Source: a virus
Reading direction: 5' to 3' (one strand)
Length of the DNA: 64,000 nt
Virus record (IMG/VR): IMGVR_UViG_3300046706_000011
Location: 26,507-90,506 of that record
Made by a program: the position numbers and the translations under genes. Positions 1 to 9,009 of the stretch are shown piece after piece. Position 1 is the first letter of the stretch, and every line of letters begins with the position of its first letter. The notes beneath the pieces are model-generated. The model was not told where the DNA came from. It was given only the letters and a program-made list of their open reading frames with translations, and made no database searches.

Positions 1-168
1 CTGCCGGTCCGGGCGGACGGGGCCTACCTGGACCTTCCGAAGCGGACGCTGGGGGCCAACCCGTGGCACGGGGTCCGGCATCCGGTCGAGGGGGAGCCGG
101 TGACCGTGGACGTGGGCCTGGACGGCGGGGCCGAGACGGGCAGATCGCCCGAGCTTATTTCACTTTGA
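1..168 (+). CDS. 3' end of an upstream gene (partial), possibly the TraG/VirD4 coupling protein by synteny
   Basis: Open frame 1 (LPVRADGAYLDLPKR...PELISL*) ends in TGA at 166-168, just before the RHH-trbB pair. Trb loci usually have traG here. No diagnostic motif is visible. Confidence 0.3.
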   Translation: MPVRADGAYLDLPKRTLGANPWHGVRHPVEGEPVTVDVGLDGGAETGRSPELISL

Positions 169-179
169 CGAGGTACGCG

Positions 180-554
180 ATGAGGAAGGAACGGAAAGAG
201 GAGCGCACGGTGTCGTTCTTCGCGGGCGACCTGGAGTGGCTTGACCGGCAGGCGGCTCGGCGGAAGGCCGGGCGGAGCGCCCTGCTCGCCGAGATGATCG
301 CGGCGGCGCGGGGCGAGGCGGTCGAGGACGACGCGCTGAAGATGGTGGTGGAGCGCCTTGGCCGGGTGGAGGCGATGGTGAAGTCCCTGGCCGGGATCGC
401 GGTCGGGCTCGACCGCCACGCCCGGCGCACGCGGGCGATGGTGTCGCTGGACCAGCAGGTGGCGATCCTGGGCGAGGCGGCGCGGCCCAGGACGCTGGAA
501 CAATTGAAGCTGAGAACCGAGCAACTTGAGGAGGGATACATCCGTGAGATTTAG
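180..554 (+). CDS. CopG/ribbon-helix-helix protein preceding trbB
   Basis: ATG at 180 after GAGG. RTVSFFAGDLEWLDRQAARRKAGRSALLAEMI fits a strand-helix-helix pattern, in the usual traG-RHH-trbB position. Confidence 0.65.
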   Translation: MRKERKEERTVSFFAGDLEWLDRQAARRKAGRSALLAEMIAAARGEAVEDDALKMVVERLGRVEAMVKSLAGIAVGLDRHARRTRAMVSLDQQVAILGEAARPRTLEQLKLRTEQLEEGYIREI

Positions 555-1521
555 CCAAACAGCCCGTGCGACGACGTTCAACCTGCTCCTCAAGCTTCTG
601 GGGAGCGAGATCGTCGGCCACATGACGGACCCGCTGGTCGAGGACATCTTCCTGAACTCCAACGGGGCCGGGTTCGTCCGGTACGCCGGCAAGAAAACCA
701 AGCTGGGAGTGAGCGTCGATGGCGAGGCGATGAGCCTGATCATCGGCTATGCCGGGACCCTGGTCGGGATGACGGCGGACGGGGTCGCCCGGTTCGCGGT
801 GGACGGCAAGCTGCCGAGCGGGCAGCGGTTCCACGGGGTCGTCCCGCCCCGCGCGGCCCAGGGTCCGTACATCGTCATGCGAAACCCGCCGCGCACGATC
901 CACACGCTGGGCAGCTATGTCGATCAGGGGGTCATGACGGCGGCGGTGGCGGACCAGCTCCGGAGTGACGTGGACGATGCGAAGACCATCGTGATCGGGG
1001 GCGTCACGGGGGCGGGCAAGACCTCCCTGATGACCTGCCTCGTCAACACGGGCGCGGCGCGGGAAGCGCGCATCGTGCTGCTGGAGGACGCCGAGGAAGT
1101 CAACGTGGACGCCGTCGAGGATCGCATCGTCAAGTCCACGCTGGGCGGGACCATGGACGAGCTGGCCTACGACGCGCTCCGGGAACGGCCCGAGCGTATC
1201 TACATCGGCGAGGTTCGCGACCGGGCCATGAAGACGTGGCTTGAGGTCGTCGGCACGGGGCATCCGGGCTCGATGGTCACGCTCCACGCGGGCAGCCCGA
1301 GGGGTGTGATGGCCAGGGCCGAGCAGCTCGTCTCCGAGGCCGTGGTGGACGTCGCGGGCCAGCGCCCGGTGCTGTGCGACACCATCGACCGGGTCGTGGT
1401 CGTGGCGCTGGGCCGGGACGGGAAGCGCCGCGTGCCGGGCGTCTACGCGCCGGCCGGGCATAAGGACGGCCGCTATGAAATTCGCACTGTCGCGGGGGAC
1501 GAAGGTTGTGCTACAACTTAG
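544..1521 (+). CDS. trbB: TrbB/VirB11 secretion ATPase
   Basis: Walker A GGVTGAGKTS, Asp box LLEDAEE, Walker B ALRERPERIYIGEVRD, His box TGHPGSMVTLHA. GTG start after GAGGAGG. Confidence 0.92.
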   Translation: MRFSQTARATTFNLLLKLLGSEIVGHMTDPLVEDIFLNSNGAGFVRYAGKKTKLGVSVDGEAMSLIIGYAGTLVGMTADGVARFAVDGKLPSGQRFHGVVPPRAAQGPYIVMRNPPRTIHTLGSYVDQGVMTAAVADQLRSDVDDAKTIVIGGVTGAGKTSLMTCLVNTGAAREARIVLLEDAEEVNVDAVEDRIVKSTLGGTMDELAYDALRERPERIYIGEVRDRAMKTWLEVVGTGHPGSMVTLHAGSPRGVMARAEQLVSEAVVDVAGQRPVLCDTIDRVVVVALGRDGKRRVPGVYAPAGHKDGRYEIRTVAGDEGCATT

Positions 1522-1522
1522 C

Positions 1523-1539
1523 GGGCTACAATGTAGCCC
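1523..1539. promoter_or_regulatory. 17-bp perfect palindrome GGGCTACA-A-TGTAGCCC (operator) containing a TACAAT -10-like hexamer, upstream of trbC
   Basis: Seen directly. Related copies lie at 8971-8987 and 11928-11944. Confidence 0.65.
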
Positions 1540-1573
1540 ATTCCACGCAACACCCTGGAACGAGGATTTCGAC

Positions 1574-1912
1574 ATGCGGAACCTATCCAAGCTCCGTCAC
1601 CGCGAGGCCCTGGCCTGGACCTTCGCCCTGTGCCTGTTCGCGCTGTGGAGCGACCCGGCCTGGGCGCAGGTCGGCGGCGAGATACCCGGCGGGACGTACC
1701 TGATCTCGATGATGGACACGATCGTGTCCTTCATCCGGATGAACCTGGGTCCGATCGTGGTCGTCCTCGTCGTGTTCGCGGGGGTGTTCGGGTGCGCCGC
1801 GGGCGACTGGAACCGCGGCATGGGCCGGGTCGTCATGGGCCTCGTCGCCGGGGCGTTCATCGCCGGCTCGACGCTGTGGTGGCCGTGGGTCAAGACGTGG
1901 TTCACGGCATGA
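1574..1912 (+). CDS. trbC: TrbC/VirB2 major pilin
   Basis: Signal peptide ending PAWA-Q and two hydrophobic helices, 112 aa, located after trbB. Confidence 0.82.
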   Translation: MRNLSKLRHREALAWTFALCLFALWSDPAWAQVGGEIPGGTYLISMMDTIVSFIRMNLGPIVVVLVVFAGVFGCAAGDWNRGMGRVVMGLVAGAFIAGSTLWWPWVKTWFTA

Positions 1913-2202
1913 TCCGGGACGGCAGCATCCAGATCCTGGGTGCCGGCACCCTGCCCTACGTCTGGGGCGGGGTGCGGTTCTCGGTGTGGACGTTCCTGGC
2001 GCTCTGGGTCGTGGGCGCCGGGGCGGTCCAGCTCTACCTGACGCCGTTCGGGATGCTGAGGGGGCTGTCCGGGATCTTCGTGGTCGGGTCCATGGTCTGG
2101 TTCCTGGGCTGGGTCATGACCCAGAGGAACCCCTTCTTCCCGGAGGTCTTCGCGACGTGGCTCTGGCGCACGGTGCGCCGGGCGCATTCACTGAAGAGCT
2201 GA
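1909..2202 (+). CDS. trbD: TrbD/VirB3 inner-membrane protein
   Basis: ATGA overlap with trbC. 97 aa, two TM segments followed by RNPFFPEVF, between the pilin and VirB4 genes. Confidence 0.75.
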   Translation: MIRDGSIQILGAGTLPYVWGGVRFSVWTFLALWVVGAGAVQLYLTPFGMLRGLSGIFVVGSMVWFLGWVMTQRNPFFPEVFATWLWRTVRRAHSLKS

Positions 2203-2215
2203 GAGGATCTGAGAG

Positions 2216-4735
2216 TTGGGCGTCATCGCAGCGATGAGGGACATGCTCGCCGGAGGCGACTGGTACTTCTGGGACGAGTTGCCGTGGTCGAGCGGGATCG
2301 AGACGGGGGACGGCCCGTGCCGGGTCGTCGAGTGCCGGAACCGGTCCTGGATGTCGTGCCTGAGGCTCGACCCGCCGGACCTGGAGTGCGGGACGGAGGC
2401 GGACCGCCTGCGCCACGCGCTGCTCTTCCACGGCGCCCTGCGGGCCTTGGGCGGCGGGCACGTGGTCTGGATCGACGAGCACCACGACCCGGAGCGACCC
2501 TACCCGGCGGCGAAGCCGGCGAACCCGGCGGCGCGGCGGTTCGAGGAAGCGCGGGACCGGACCTACGGCGAGGTCGTCGGGCACTGGCGCTCGACCCACT
2601 ACCTGACGGTCCAGTGGCGCAAGCCGCCGCAGTGGATCGAGAAGCTGTCCCGGCTGGTCCTCGTGGCGCACCCCGGGGACCGTGCCCGGGACTACGGGCC
2701 GGCCTTCCAGGCGTTCAACGACCGGGTCGCGGGACTGGAGGGGCAGCTCGCCTTCCTCGGCGCGAAGGTGCTGGAGGGGGACGGCCTCGCGGCCTACCTG
2801 CACGACACGGTCAGCCGGGTCCGGCAGCCGGTGAGGTTCGGCAACTGGCAGGACTGGATCTCGCCGCAACTGGTGGACATGCCGATCAACGCCATGGAGC
2901 GGGACGACGGCGGGGCGCTGACCATCGGCGTCGGGGACGACAAGGAATACGTCGTCCCGGTCACGGTCCACAGCTACCCGGCGGGCGTCGATGCCGGGAT
3001 ACTCGACGGGACGGAGGACTTCGCCGGGGTGGCGTCACTGCCGATCACATACCGCCGCGTCACCCGGATCGCGATCCAGGCGAAGACCGAGGCGGTCAAG
3101 GACATGGCCGCGTTGCGCCGCAAGGCGGAGATGACCCGCCAGAACCTCCTGCGGACGACCCTCCAGCAGTTCTACCCGAACGCGCCCCAACGCCTGAACT
3201 ACGAGGCCGACCACGCCGCGCAGGAGGTCGAGGAATGGCTCAAGGACCTTGCGCGGGGCAAGACGCTGCGGTGCCAGAACACGACGACCTTCCTCGTCTA
3301 CCACCGGGACGCGGGGGTCGCGATGGAACAGGCGAGGATGATCCTGATGCACCTCCGGGAGACCGCGGGGCTCGTGGCCCAGGTCGGGCGGCTCGGCGCG
3401 CTGGAGAGCTTCCTGGGGACGGTGCCGGGCAACAGCGACCACGACTTCGTCCGGCCCTACACGAACACCTTGGCGAGCGGCGGTCTGGCGCCGCTGTCGA
3501 ACACCTGGGGCGGGCGGCGGCACGACCCGGTGCTCAAGGGTCCGCCGCTCCTGGTCGGCACGACGAACGAGTCGATCCGGCACCACGTCGTCCTGTCGCC
3601 CGAGGGCGACGGCATGGCGAGCCACGCGGTCATCACCGGCCCGTCCGGGTCGGGCAAGACGGCCGCCATCAACGAAATGTGCTTCGGTTTCCTGAAGTAC
3701 CGGGGCACGCGGGTATTCCGGATCGACAAGGGGCGGTCGGCCTACGTCTCGACCCTGTGCGCCGGGGGGACGATCATCGACCCGGTGCTGTCCGGCGAGG
3801 GTTTCCAGCCCCTGCGTTTCATCGCGGACTGGAAGGAGCGGGTCTGGGCGAAGGCATGGCTGACAGCCTACGTCCGGATGCGCGACCCGGCGCTGGCCAA
3901 CGACCCGGCGGTGGACGCGGCGATCAAGGACACGCTGGAGTGCCTGGGCAAGGCGCTCGACCCGGACGACCTGGACATGTCGGCGTTCGTCAACGCGCTG
4001 TCCCATCCGGGGTTGCAGGCGGCCCTTCGTCCCCTGACCCGCGACGGTTCGCTGGGCTACGTGTTCGACGCCATCGACCGCCGGTCCTACGACGCCGACT
4101 GGACCAGCGTCGAGCTGGACGAGCTGGTCGAGGACGAGGAGGTCGCCGGGCCGCTGATGGCGTACCTGTGGCACATGATCCGGCGGCTGTGCCACCGGGA
4201 CCGCCCGATGCTGATCCCCATCGACGAGGCGTGGATGGCGATGAAGGGACCGTTCAAGGACATGCTGAACAAGGGGATGAGGACGTTCCGGCGGGAGAAC
4301 GCGCGGGTCGTGTTCGCGTCGCAGAGTGCGGTGGACATCGCGTCGAGCGAGCTGGCGGGGATCATCGTGAACTCGTGCTCGCTGAAGATGGTCTTCCCGG
4401 ACAGCGCGATCGCCTCCCCCGAGGTCGCGGCGGCGTACATGGTCCTCCAGGTCCGCCCCCAGTGGATGGATCGGCTGAACTACCGGTTCCAGGGCGGGGA
4501 GCCCCGTTTCTGCCTCGTGATGCAGGACGGGGGCGCGCGGTTCATGCACTTCGACATGGAGGAGGAGACCGACCCGGAGGCGTTCTGGATGTGCTGCGCG
4601 ACCAACAGCGGGGCGGTGGCCGACGCGCTGCGCGTCCGGGACATGGGAGGTTCGTTCCTGGACGACTGGCTCGGCGAGAAGGTGCACGGCAAACGGGCGC
4701 GGCCTCCGGTCCCGGCCCTGGCGGCAGCCGAATGA
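2216..4735 (+). CDS. trbE: TrbE/VirB4 ATPase
   Basis: 839 aa. HAVITGPSGSGKT Walker A, IDKGRS, IDEAW Walker B, FRRENARVVFASQS. The start could instead be the ATG at 2234. Confidence 0.93.
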   Translation: MGVIAAMRDMLAGGDWYFWDELPWSSGIETGDGPCRVVECRNRSWMSCLRLDPPDLECGTEADRLRHALLFHGALRALGGGHVVWIDEHHDPERPYPAAKPANPAARRFEEARDRTYGEVVGHWRSTHYLTVQWRKPPQWIEKLSRLVLVAHPGDRARDYGPAFQAFNDRVAGLEGQLAFLGAKVLEGDGLAAYLHDTVSRVRQPVRFGNWQDWISPQLVDMPINAMERDDGGALTIGVGDDKEYVVPVTVHSYPAGVDAGILDGTEDFAGVASLPITYRRVTRIAIQAKTEAVKDMAALRRKAEMTRQNLLRTTLQQFYPNAPQRLNYEADHAAQEVEEWLKDLARGKTLRCQNTTTFLVYHRDAGVAMEQARMILMHLRETAGLVAQVGRLGALESFLGTVPGNSDHDFVRPYTNTLASGGLAPLSNTWGGRRHDPVLKGPPLLVGTTNESIRHHVVLSPEGDGMASHAVITGPSGSGKTAAINEMCFGFLKYRGTRVFRIDKGRSAYVSTLCAGGTIIDPVLSGEGFQPLRFIADWKERVWAKAWLTAYVRMRDPALANDPAVDAAIKDTLECLGKALDPDDLDMSAFVNALSHPGLQAALRPLTRDGSLGYVFDAIDRRSYDADWTSVELDELVEDEEVAGPLMAYLWHMIRRLCHRDRPMLIPIDEAWMAMKGPFKDMLNKGMRTFRRENARVVFASQSAVDIASSELAGIIVNSCSLKMVFPDSAIASPEVAAAYMVLQVRPQWMDRLNYRFQGGEPRFCLVMQDGGARFMHFDMEEETDPEAFWMCCATNSGAVADALRVRDMGGSFLDDWLGEKVHGKRARPPVPALAAAE

Positions 4736-5022
4736 GGGGGTCGGAATACCTTGCGCTGCGCGTCGCGGCCTGCACCGCGGTGATGGCGCTGGGCGGCGGC
4801 TTCGTGTTCGCGGTGGCGCGCTGGGTCCTGCCGTGGCTGATGGGTCGGGTTTCGCAGGCGTATCCGGGACCGCTCGCGGCGTTCGCCGGGATCGTGTTCG
4901 GGATGGGGGTGATTGTCCTTGTGAGTCATGGACTTCGGGTGATAGTGGGCTATACTCTACTACGCATCGACCGGCTGGCGGACGGCGGGTCGCGGATCAC
5001 CGACGAGGATGGGGGGGATTGA
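4732..5022 (+). CDS. small 2-TM membrane protein
   Basis: ATGA overlap with the trbE stop. MRGSEYLALRVAAC..., two hydrophobic segments. Confidence 0.55.
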   Translation: MRGSEYLALRVAACTAVMALGGGFVFAVARWVLPWLMGRVSQAYPGPLAAFAGIVFGMGVIVLVSHGLRVIVGYTLLRIDRLADGGSRITDEDGGD

Positions 5023-5023
5023 C

Positions 5024-5371
5024 ATGGATTGGCAGAAAATCAAGGCAACGGCTGGAGCCGTGACGGGGTCGGTTTGGCGGAATGGCCGCAATGTCCTGGC
5101 GTTTGCCGGCGCGGTATCCATCGGGGTCGATGCCTTGGTGCGTTCACAATTGGACGTGGCAACGGTCCCGTCGGTAACAATCGAACTAGGCAAATTCCTG
5201 GAGCTGAAGTACCAGATCGTGGCGATCACCTTGATTCCGTTGTTGGCGTTGATTGCGTTGTTGGCGTTCATTTCCATTACGCGCGGGTTCTGGGATGGGT
5301 TCATCGCCTTCACCGAGTCCACCGCATGGGACGCAACGAAGTGCGCGTTGGCGAAGCGGTTCCGCCGGTGA
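5024..5371 (+). CDS. small membrane protein, lower GC
   Basis: MDWQKIKATAG... with hydrophobic IVAITLIPLLALIALLAFISI. Its stop overlaps the next GTG (GTGA). Confidence 0.55.
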   Translation: MDWQKIKATAGAVTGSVWRNGRNVLAFAGAVSIGVDALVRSQLDVATVPSVTIELGKFLELKYQIVAITLIPLLALIALLAFISITRGFWDGFIAFTESTAWDATKCALAKRFRR

Positions 5372-6687
5372 CGACGGTTTCGCGCCTTGCCGCGGCGCTC
5401 ATCGCGGGGACGGTCCTCGCCGGGAGCGGCCCCGCCCTGGCACAGTTCCGGGTCGGCGGGCTCGTCCCGGTCGGAGCCGAGGACGTGGCCGCCATCGACG
5501 CGGCGCTGGACGAGATGCGGAGCGCCGGATGGACGGCGGAGGAAATGGACATCCGGCTTCGTCGGGAAGGCTACGTGCTGGACCGGGCGGTCCTGGACGG
5601 CGACGTGGCCGTGGCGGACGGCCGGGTCCGGGGCATGGTCGCCGAGGTGGCCGGCGCCGGGGACCCGGCGGGCGGGGACCCGGCGGGCGGGGACGGCCGG
5701 GCGCCGAACCGGCAGCCGACCCCCTTCGAGCGCGGACTCGCGGGCGTCGCGGGCAACGTCGGGAACACCGACGAGGAAATCCTGCGGGCGATGCAGGGCG
5801 GGAACTCCCAGCTCTGGGCGCGGATGACCGGCATCCTGTCGGGACGCTCGGTCACGAACCGGGCCAACCAAGTGATCGACGGAGCGACCGGTGCCGCCAC
5901 GCGCCCGATCCGGGAAGCCGGCGACGCCGCCGTGAACACCGTCATGCAGCCGATCGAGGACACCGTTGACACCGCCGCCCAGTCGGCCATGTGTTCCCTC
6001 GGCTCCGCCGCCCTGGGGGCTGCCGCCTCGCTCGTCAGCGCCGTGTTCAGCGGGGGCAAGGCCACGTACGGCGCCCAGGTCGCGCAATGGCTGACGGGGA
6101 TCAGCAGTCAAGTCTGCCTGGGCCAGCAGCTCGCGGTGCAGAAGCGCATGGTGGCGCTCCAGCAGCGCATGGTGGCGCCAATCGGACGTAACGTGGTCGG
6201 TCAGGCGGGCGGCGTCAGCGGCGTGGTGCTGGATTCCATCGGCCTCCTCGACGCGGAAGAGGTCGCCAGGGGCTACCAGGACGGCGCCAGCGCCGACCTC
6301 GCCCCCGGCGCCTCCCTGGCGATGCAGCGCCTCCTTCGCGCCCGGACGGATCAGGCGCGGCGTGCCGCGCTGGAGACGGCGGCGCTCAACGTCGCGGCGG
6401 AGCGGGCCTATTCGGATATGGCCGACCGGGCGCTCGACCTGAGCCAGTCGGCCCGGGGACAGACCTCGGCCGTCCAGGCGCTGGCCCAGTTGCAGCGGGC
6501 CAATGAGGGGGCGGCGGCGGCGCGGCATTCTTCCCAGATGGCCTTCAGCAACGCGGCCCTGGTAGCGGAAGAGGAGGACCGCGCGAGCGAGCGCCTTGCC
6601 GCCGCCCGCCGGGCGCGGTTCTATTCGGGCCTCGGCCCGTCCGGCAGCCAGGAAGCGGCGGCGCCGGGTTTCAACCTTTTCCAGTGA
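5368..6687 (+). CDS. trbJ: TrbJ/VirB5-like minor pilin with long N-terminal extension
   Basis: Signal peptide (PALA-Q). C-terminal LSQSARGQTSAVQALAQL and ...RRARF...FNLFQ resemble TrbJ. Located before trbK/trbL. Confidence 0.7.
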   Translation: MTTVSRLAAALIAGTVLAGSGPALAQFRVGGLVPVGAEDVAAIDAALDEMRSAGWTAEEMDIRLRREGYVLDRAVLDGDVAVADGRVRGMVAEVAGAGDPAGGDPAGGDGRAPNRQPTPFERGLAGVAGNVGNTDEEILRAMQGGNSQLWARMTGILSGRSVTNRANQVIDGATGAATRPIREAGDAAVNTVMQPIEDTVDTAAQSAMCSLGSAALGAAASLVSAVFSGGKATYGAQVAQWLTGISSQVCLGQQLAVQKRMVALQQRMVAPIGRNVVGQAGGVSGVVLDSIGLLDAEEVARGYQDGASADLAPGASLAMQRLLRARTDQARRAALETAALNVAAERAYSDMADRALDLSQSARGQTSAVQALAQLQRANEGAAAARHSSQMAFSNAALVAEEEDRASERLAAARRARFYSGLGPSGSQEAAAPGFNLFQ

Positions 6688-6696
6688 GGAGTCGTC

Positions 6697-6963
6697 ATGC
6701 GTGTTCGAACATGGGTCTTTGCGGCCGGTCTAGCCTTCTCTGGCATCTCGCCGGCCCTGGCCGGGGACCGGGATGTCCGGGAGCCGGCGCGGGAACGCGC
6801 GGCGCAGGCGGACCGGGCGGCGGACGCGCTGCCGGACCGGGAAGCGCGGGACGACGCGGAGGACCGCCGCGTCCTGGCCAACCGGGCTCGGTTCTACCAG
6901 GGCCTCGGCCGGCTTCGGGGCGGCGGGCGGCGGATCGACCCGTTCCCCGCCCGGGGGAACTGA
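6697..6963 (+). CDS. TrbK-like small exported protein (entry exclusion candidate)
   Basis: 88 aa with signal peptide, between trbJ and trbL. Shares the RARFYxGLG motif with the TrbJ C-terminus. No lipobox Cys. Confidence 0.5.
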   Translation: MRVRTWVFAAGLAFSGISPALAGDRDVREPARERAAQADRAADALPDREARDDAEDRRVLANRARFYQGLGRLRGGGRRIDPFPARGN

Positions 6964-6966
6964 CCC

Positions 6967-8238
6967 GTGGACGAGTTGCCGGGGTTCACGCTGACCCCCG
7001 ACCTCGGGTCCGGGGTCGGGAGCGCGGCGGCGGCCAGCCTCGACGCCATCGACCACGCCTACCTCATGGTCCAGGACCTGCTCAACGCCGGGTTCCCGTA
7101 CCTGGAGGGCGTGGTCTGGGCCTTGTTCGGGATGGCGGCCGGCTGGGCGGTGCTGGTGGGCGTCATCGACGTGGCGTCGGGCGGGAGCAACCCGGTCGCC
7201 CTGGTCACCGGGGCCTTCCTGCGCCTGGGGATCTTCGTGTGGCTGGCGGGGGTGTGGAAGACCTTCATCGACGCGGTCGGCAACTTCGCGCTCGACCTGG
7301 GCGTCCGGATCAGCGGATCGACGGTGCCGCGCGACCAACTGATGGTGCCGAGCCGCCTGTTCGCGCAGGGAAACGAGCAGGCCGCGAAGGTGATGGCGGC
7401 GAAGGACGCGCTGTGCGACGCCTGGAAGAGCTGCCTCATGACGTTCGGCGACCAGCTCCTGCTGGAGATCATCGCCATCGCGATCTGGGTGATGTTCGGG
7501 GTCCTGGTCCTGGCCATGGTCATGGCCGCGCTGTGGCTGAAGAAGGCCGGGCTGTTCAGCTTCCTGTTCCTGCCGGCGAGCCAAGTGAAGGCGACGGCGT
7601 TCCTGGCCGAGGGGTCCATCGCCGGGGTGTTCCAGGCGTTCATGTGGCTGGTCTTCATAACCTTGGTCGCGGGATGGGGGACCCAGGTCCTGGGGCTCCT
7701 GGCGCTGCCGGAGCACCCGGACGCGGCGAGCCTCGTCCCGGCGGTGCTGGTGGTGTCGTTCATGGCGGTGATGGCGTGGCAGTCCCGGAGCTACGCCTCG
7801 GGGCTGGTCTCGGGGGTCCCTCGGATCGGCGGCGAGGCGGTGACGGCGGCGGCGCGCAACGCGCTGGGCTGGGCGACCGGAGGGACGGCCATCGCGTCGC
7901 GCATGGAGTCCGTCGCCCATCGCGAGCGAAACAGCGTCCTGGGCGCGGCGCGGGACGGCTTCTCGGCCGCCCGCAGCCTCCCGGGCCGGGCGATGCAGGC
8001 GACGCGGGGCCGGGCGGCGGGGGCCGCTCCGGGTGGTGCACGGGCAGGAACGGCGGCGGCGCGGACCACGTCCCCCGGCGGTGGCGGAGGCAGCGCCTGG
8101 AACAACGGGCCGACGCCGAAGCAACAGCTTGCCGCCCGGCACCGGGGCGTTGACATCTCCGGGATGTCGCGGGGACAGGCGTCGCAGGCCCTGCATCGTC
8201 AGGGGAACATGGACCAGAGCTGGTACGAGGGGAAGTAA
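6967..8238 (+). CDS. trbL: TrbL/VirB6 polytopic membrane protein
   Basis: Multiple TM segments, ATAFLAEG motif, GLVSGVPRIGG followed by a Gly/Ala-rich tail typical of TrbL. Confidence 0.82.
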   Translation: MDELPGFTLTPDLGSGVGSAAAASLDAIDHAYLMVQDLLNAGFPYLEGVVWALFGMAAGWAVLVGVIDVASGGSNPVALVTGAFLRLGIFVWLAGVWKTFIDAVGNFALDLGVRISGSTVPRDQLMVPSRLFAQGNEQAAKVMAAKDALCDAWKSCLMTFGDQLLLEIIAIAIWVMFGVLVLAMVMAALWLKKAGLFSFLFLPASQVKATAFLAEGSIAGVFQAFMWLVFITLVAGWGTQVLGLLALPEHPDAASLVPAVLVVSFMAVMAWQSRSYASGLVSGVPRIGGEAVTAAARNALGWATGGTAIASRMESVAHRERNSVLGAARDGFSAARSLPGRAMQATRGRAAGAAPGGARAGTAAARTTSPGGGGGSAWNNGPTPKQQLAARHRGVDISGMSRGQASQALHRQGNMDQSWYEGK

Positions 8239-8240
8239 CC

Positions 8241-8951
8241 ATGGGCATGCCGAAGATCGTCACGCTGTTGACCAACCGCCTGCGCCTGGACCGCCCCCGG
8301 CGCGTCTTCTCGGTGCGCGCCGACGAAGTCCGCTCGACCCGCAGCGTCGGGCGGATGTGGATGGCGGCGGGCCTCGTGTTCGCCTACCTCTACGTGGACG
8401 AGCGCCATGCGCACCAGGAAACCCTGTCGCGGGCGCAACCCGTGCTGGTGTCGGTCCTGGGGCCGGACAGCCGCCCGGTGGCGACGTTCGCCGCGGACCA
8501 CATGGCGGACGACGGATGGGTCTCGGTCGCCAAGGCGGTCGCGGCGCAGCACGTCGTCCGGATGCGCGAGATGACGAACCCGATCGACGTGTCGCTGGCC
8601 CGGCTGGACGAAGGGCGGTACTTCGTGAAAGACGCCGCCGCCGCGAAATACGCGCGCTTCGTCGGCTCGCACCCCTACGACGACCTGGCGAAGCGCCGCC
8701 TGAACCGCCAGGTCCGGCTGGAGGAGGTCGGGCCGTCGCTGGAGTCCAGCCAGTCCCCGTCGTCCCGGCGGCTGCGGGTCATCGTCCAGTGGCCGGAGCG
8801 GACCTGGAGCGGGACCAAGCTGGAGCAGCAGGCGACGCGCGTCGGCTGGGTGGACGTCGAGCGGGTGGACCGCGTGCCGCCGGATTACCGGAAGGCCAAC
8901 CCGCTGGGGATCTTCGTGGTCGATTACGACACGGACACGCCCACGGGCTGA
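8241..8951 (+). CDS. trbF: TrbF/VirB8
   Basis: Single N-terminal TM, VQWPERTW, C-terminal NPLGIFV motif. Confidence 0.85.
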   Translation: MGMPKIVTLLTNRLRLDRPRRVFSVRADEVRSTRSVGRMWMAAGLVFAYLYVDERHAHQETLSRAQPVLVSVLGPDSRPVATFAADHMADDGWVSVAKAVAAQHVVRMREMTNPIDVSLARLDEGRYFVKDAAAAKYARFVGSHPYDDLAKRRLNRQVRLEEVGPSLESSQSPSSRRLRVIVQWPERTWSGTKLEQQATRVGWVDVERVDRVPPDYRKANPLGIFVVDYDTDTPTG

Positions 8952-8987
8952 TTGCGCCGGCCCGCTGAGCGGGCTATAATGTACTAC
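8952..8987 (+). promoter_or_regulatory. sigma70-type promoter TTGCGC-N17-TATAAT upstream of trbG, with operator-like GGGCTATAATGTACTAC over the -10
   Basis: -35 at 8952-8957 and -10 at 8975-8980, 17-nt spacer. Confidence 0.65.
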
Positions 8988-9009
8988 ACTTTCAAAGGCG
9001 GGACGGAAC

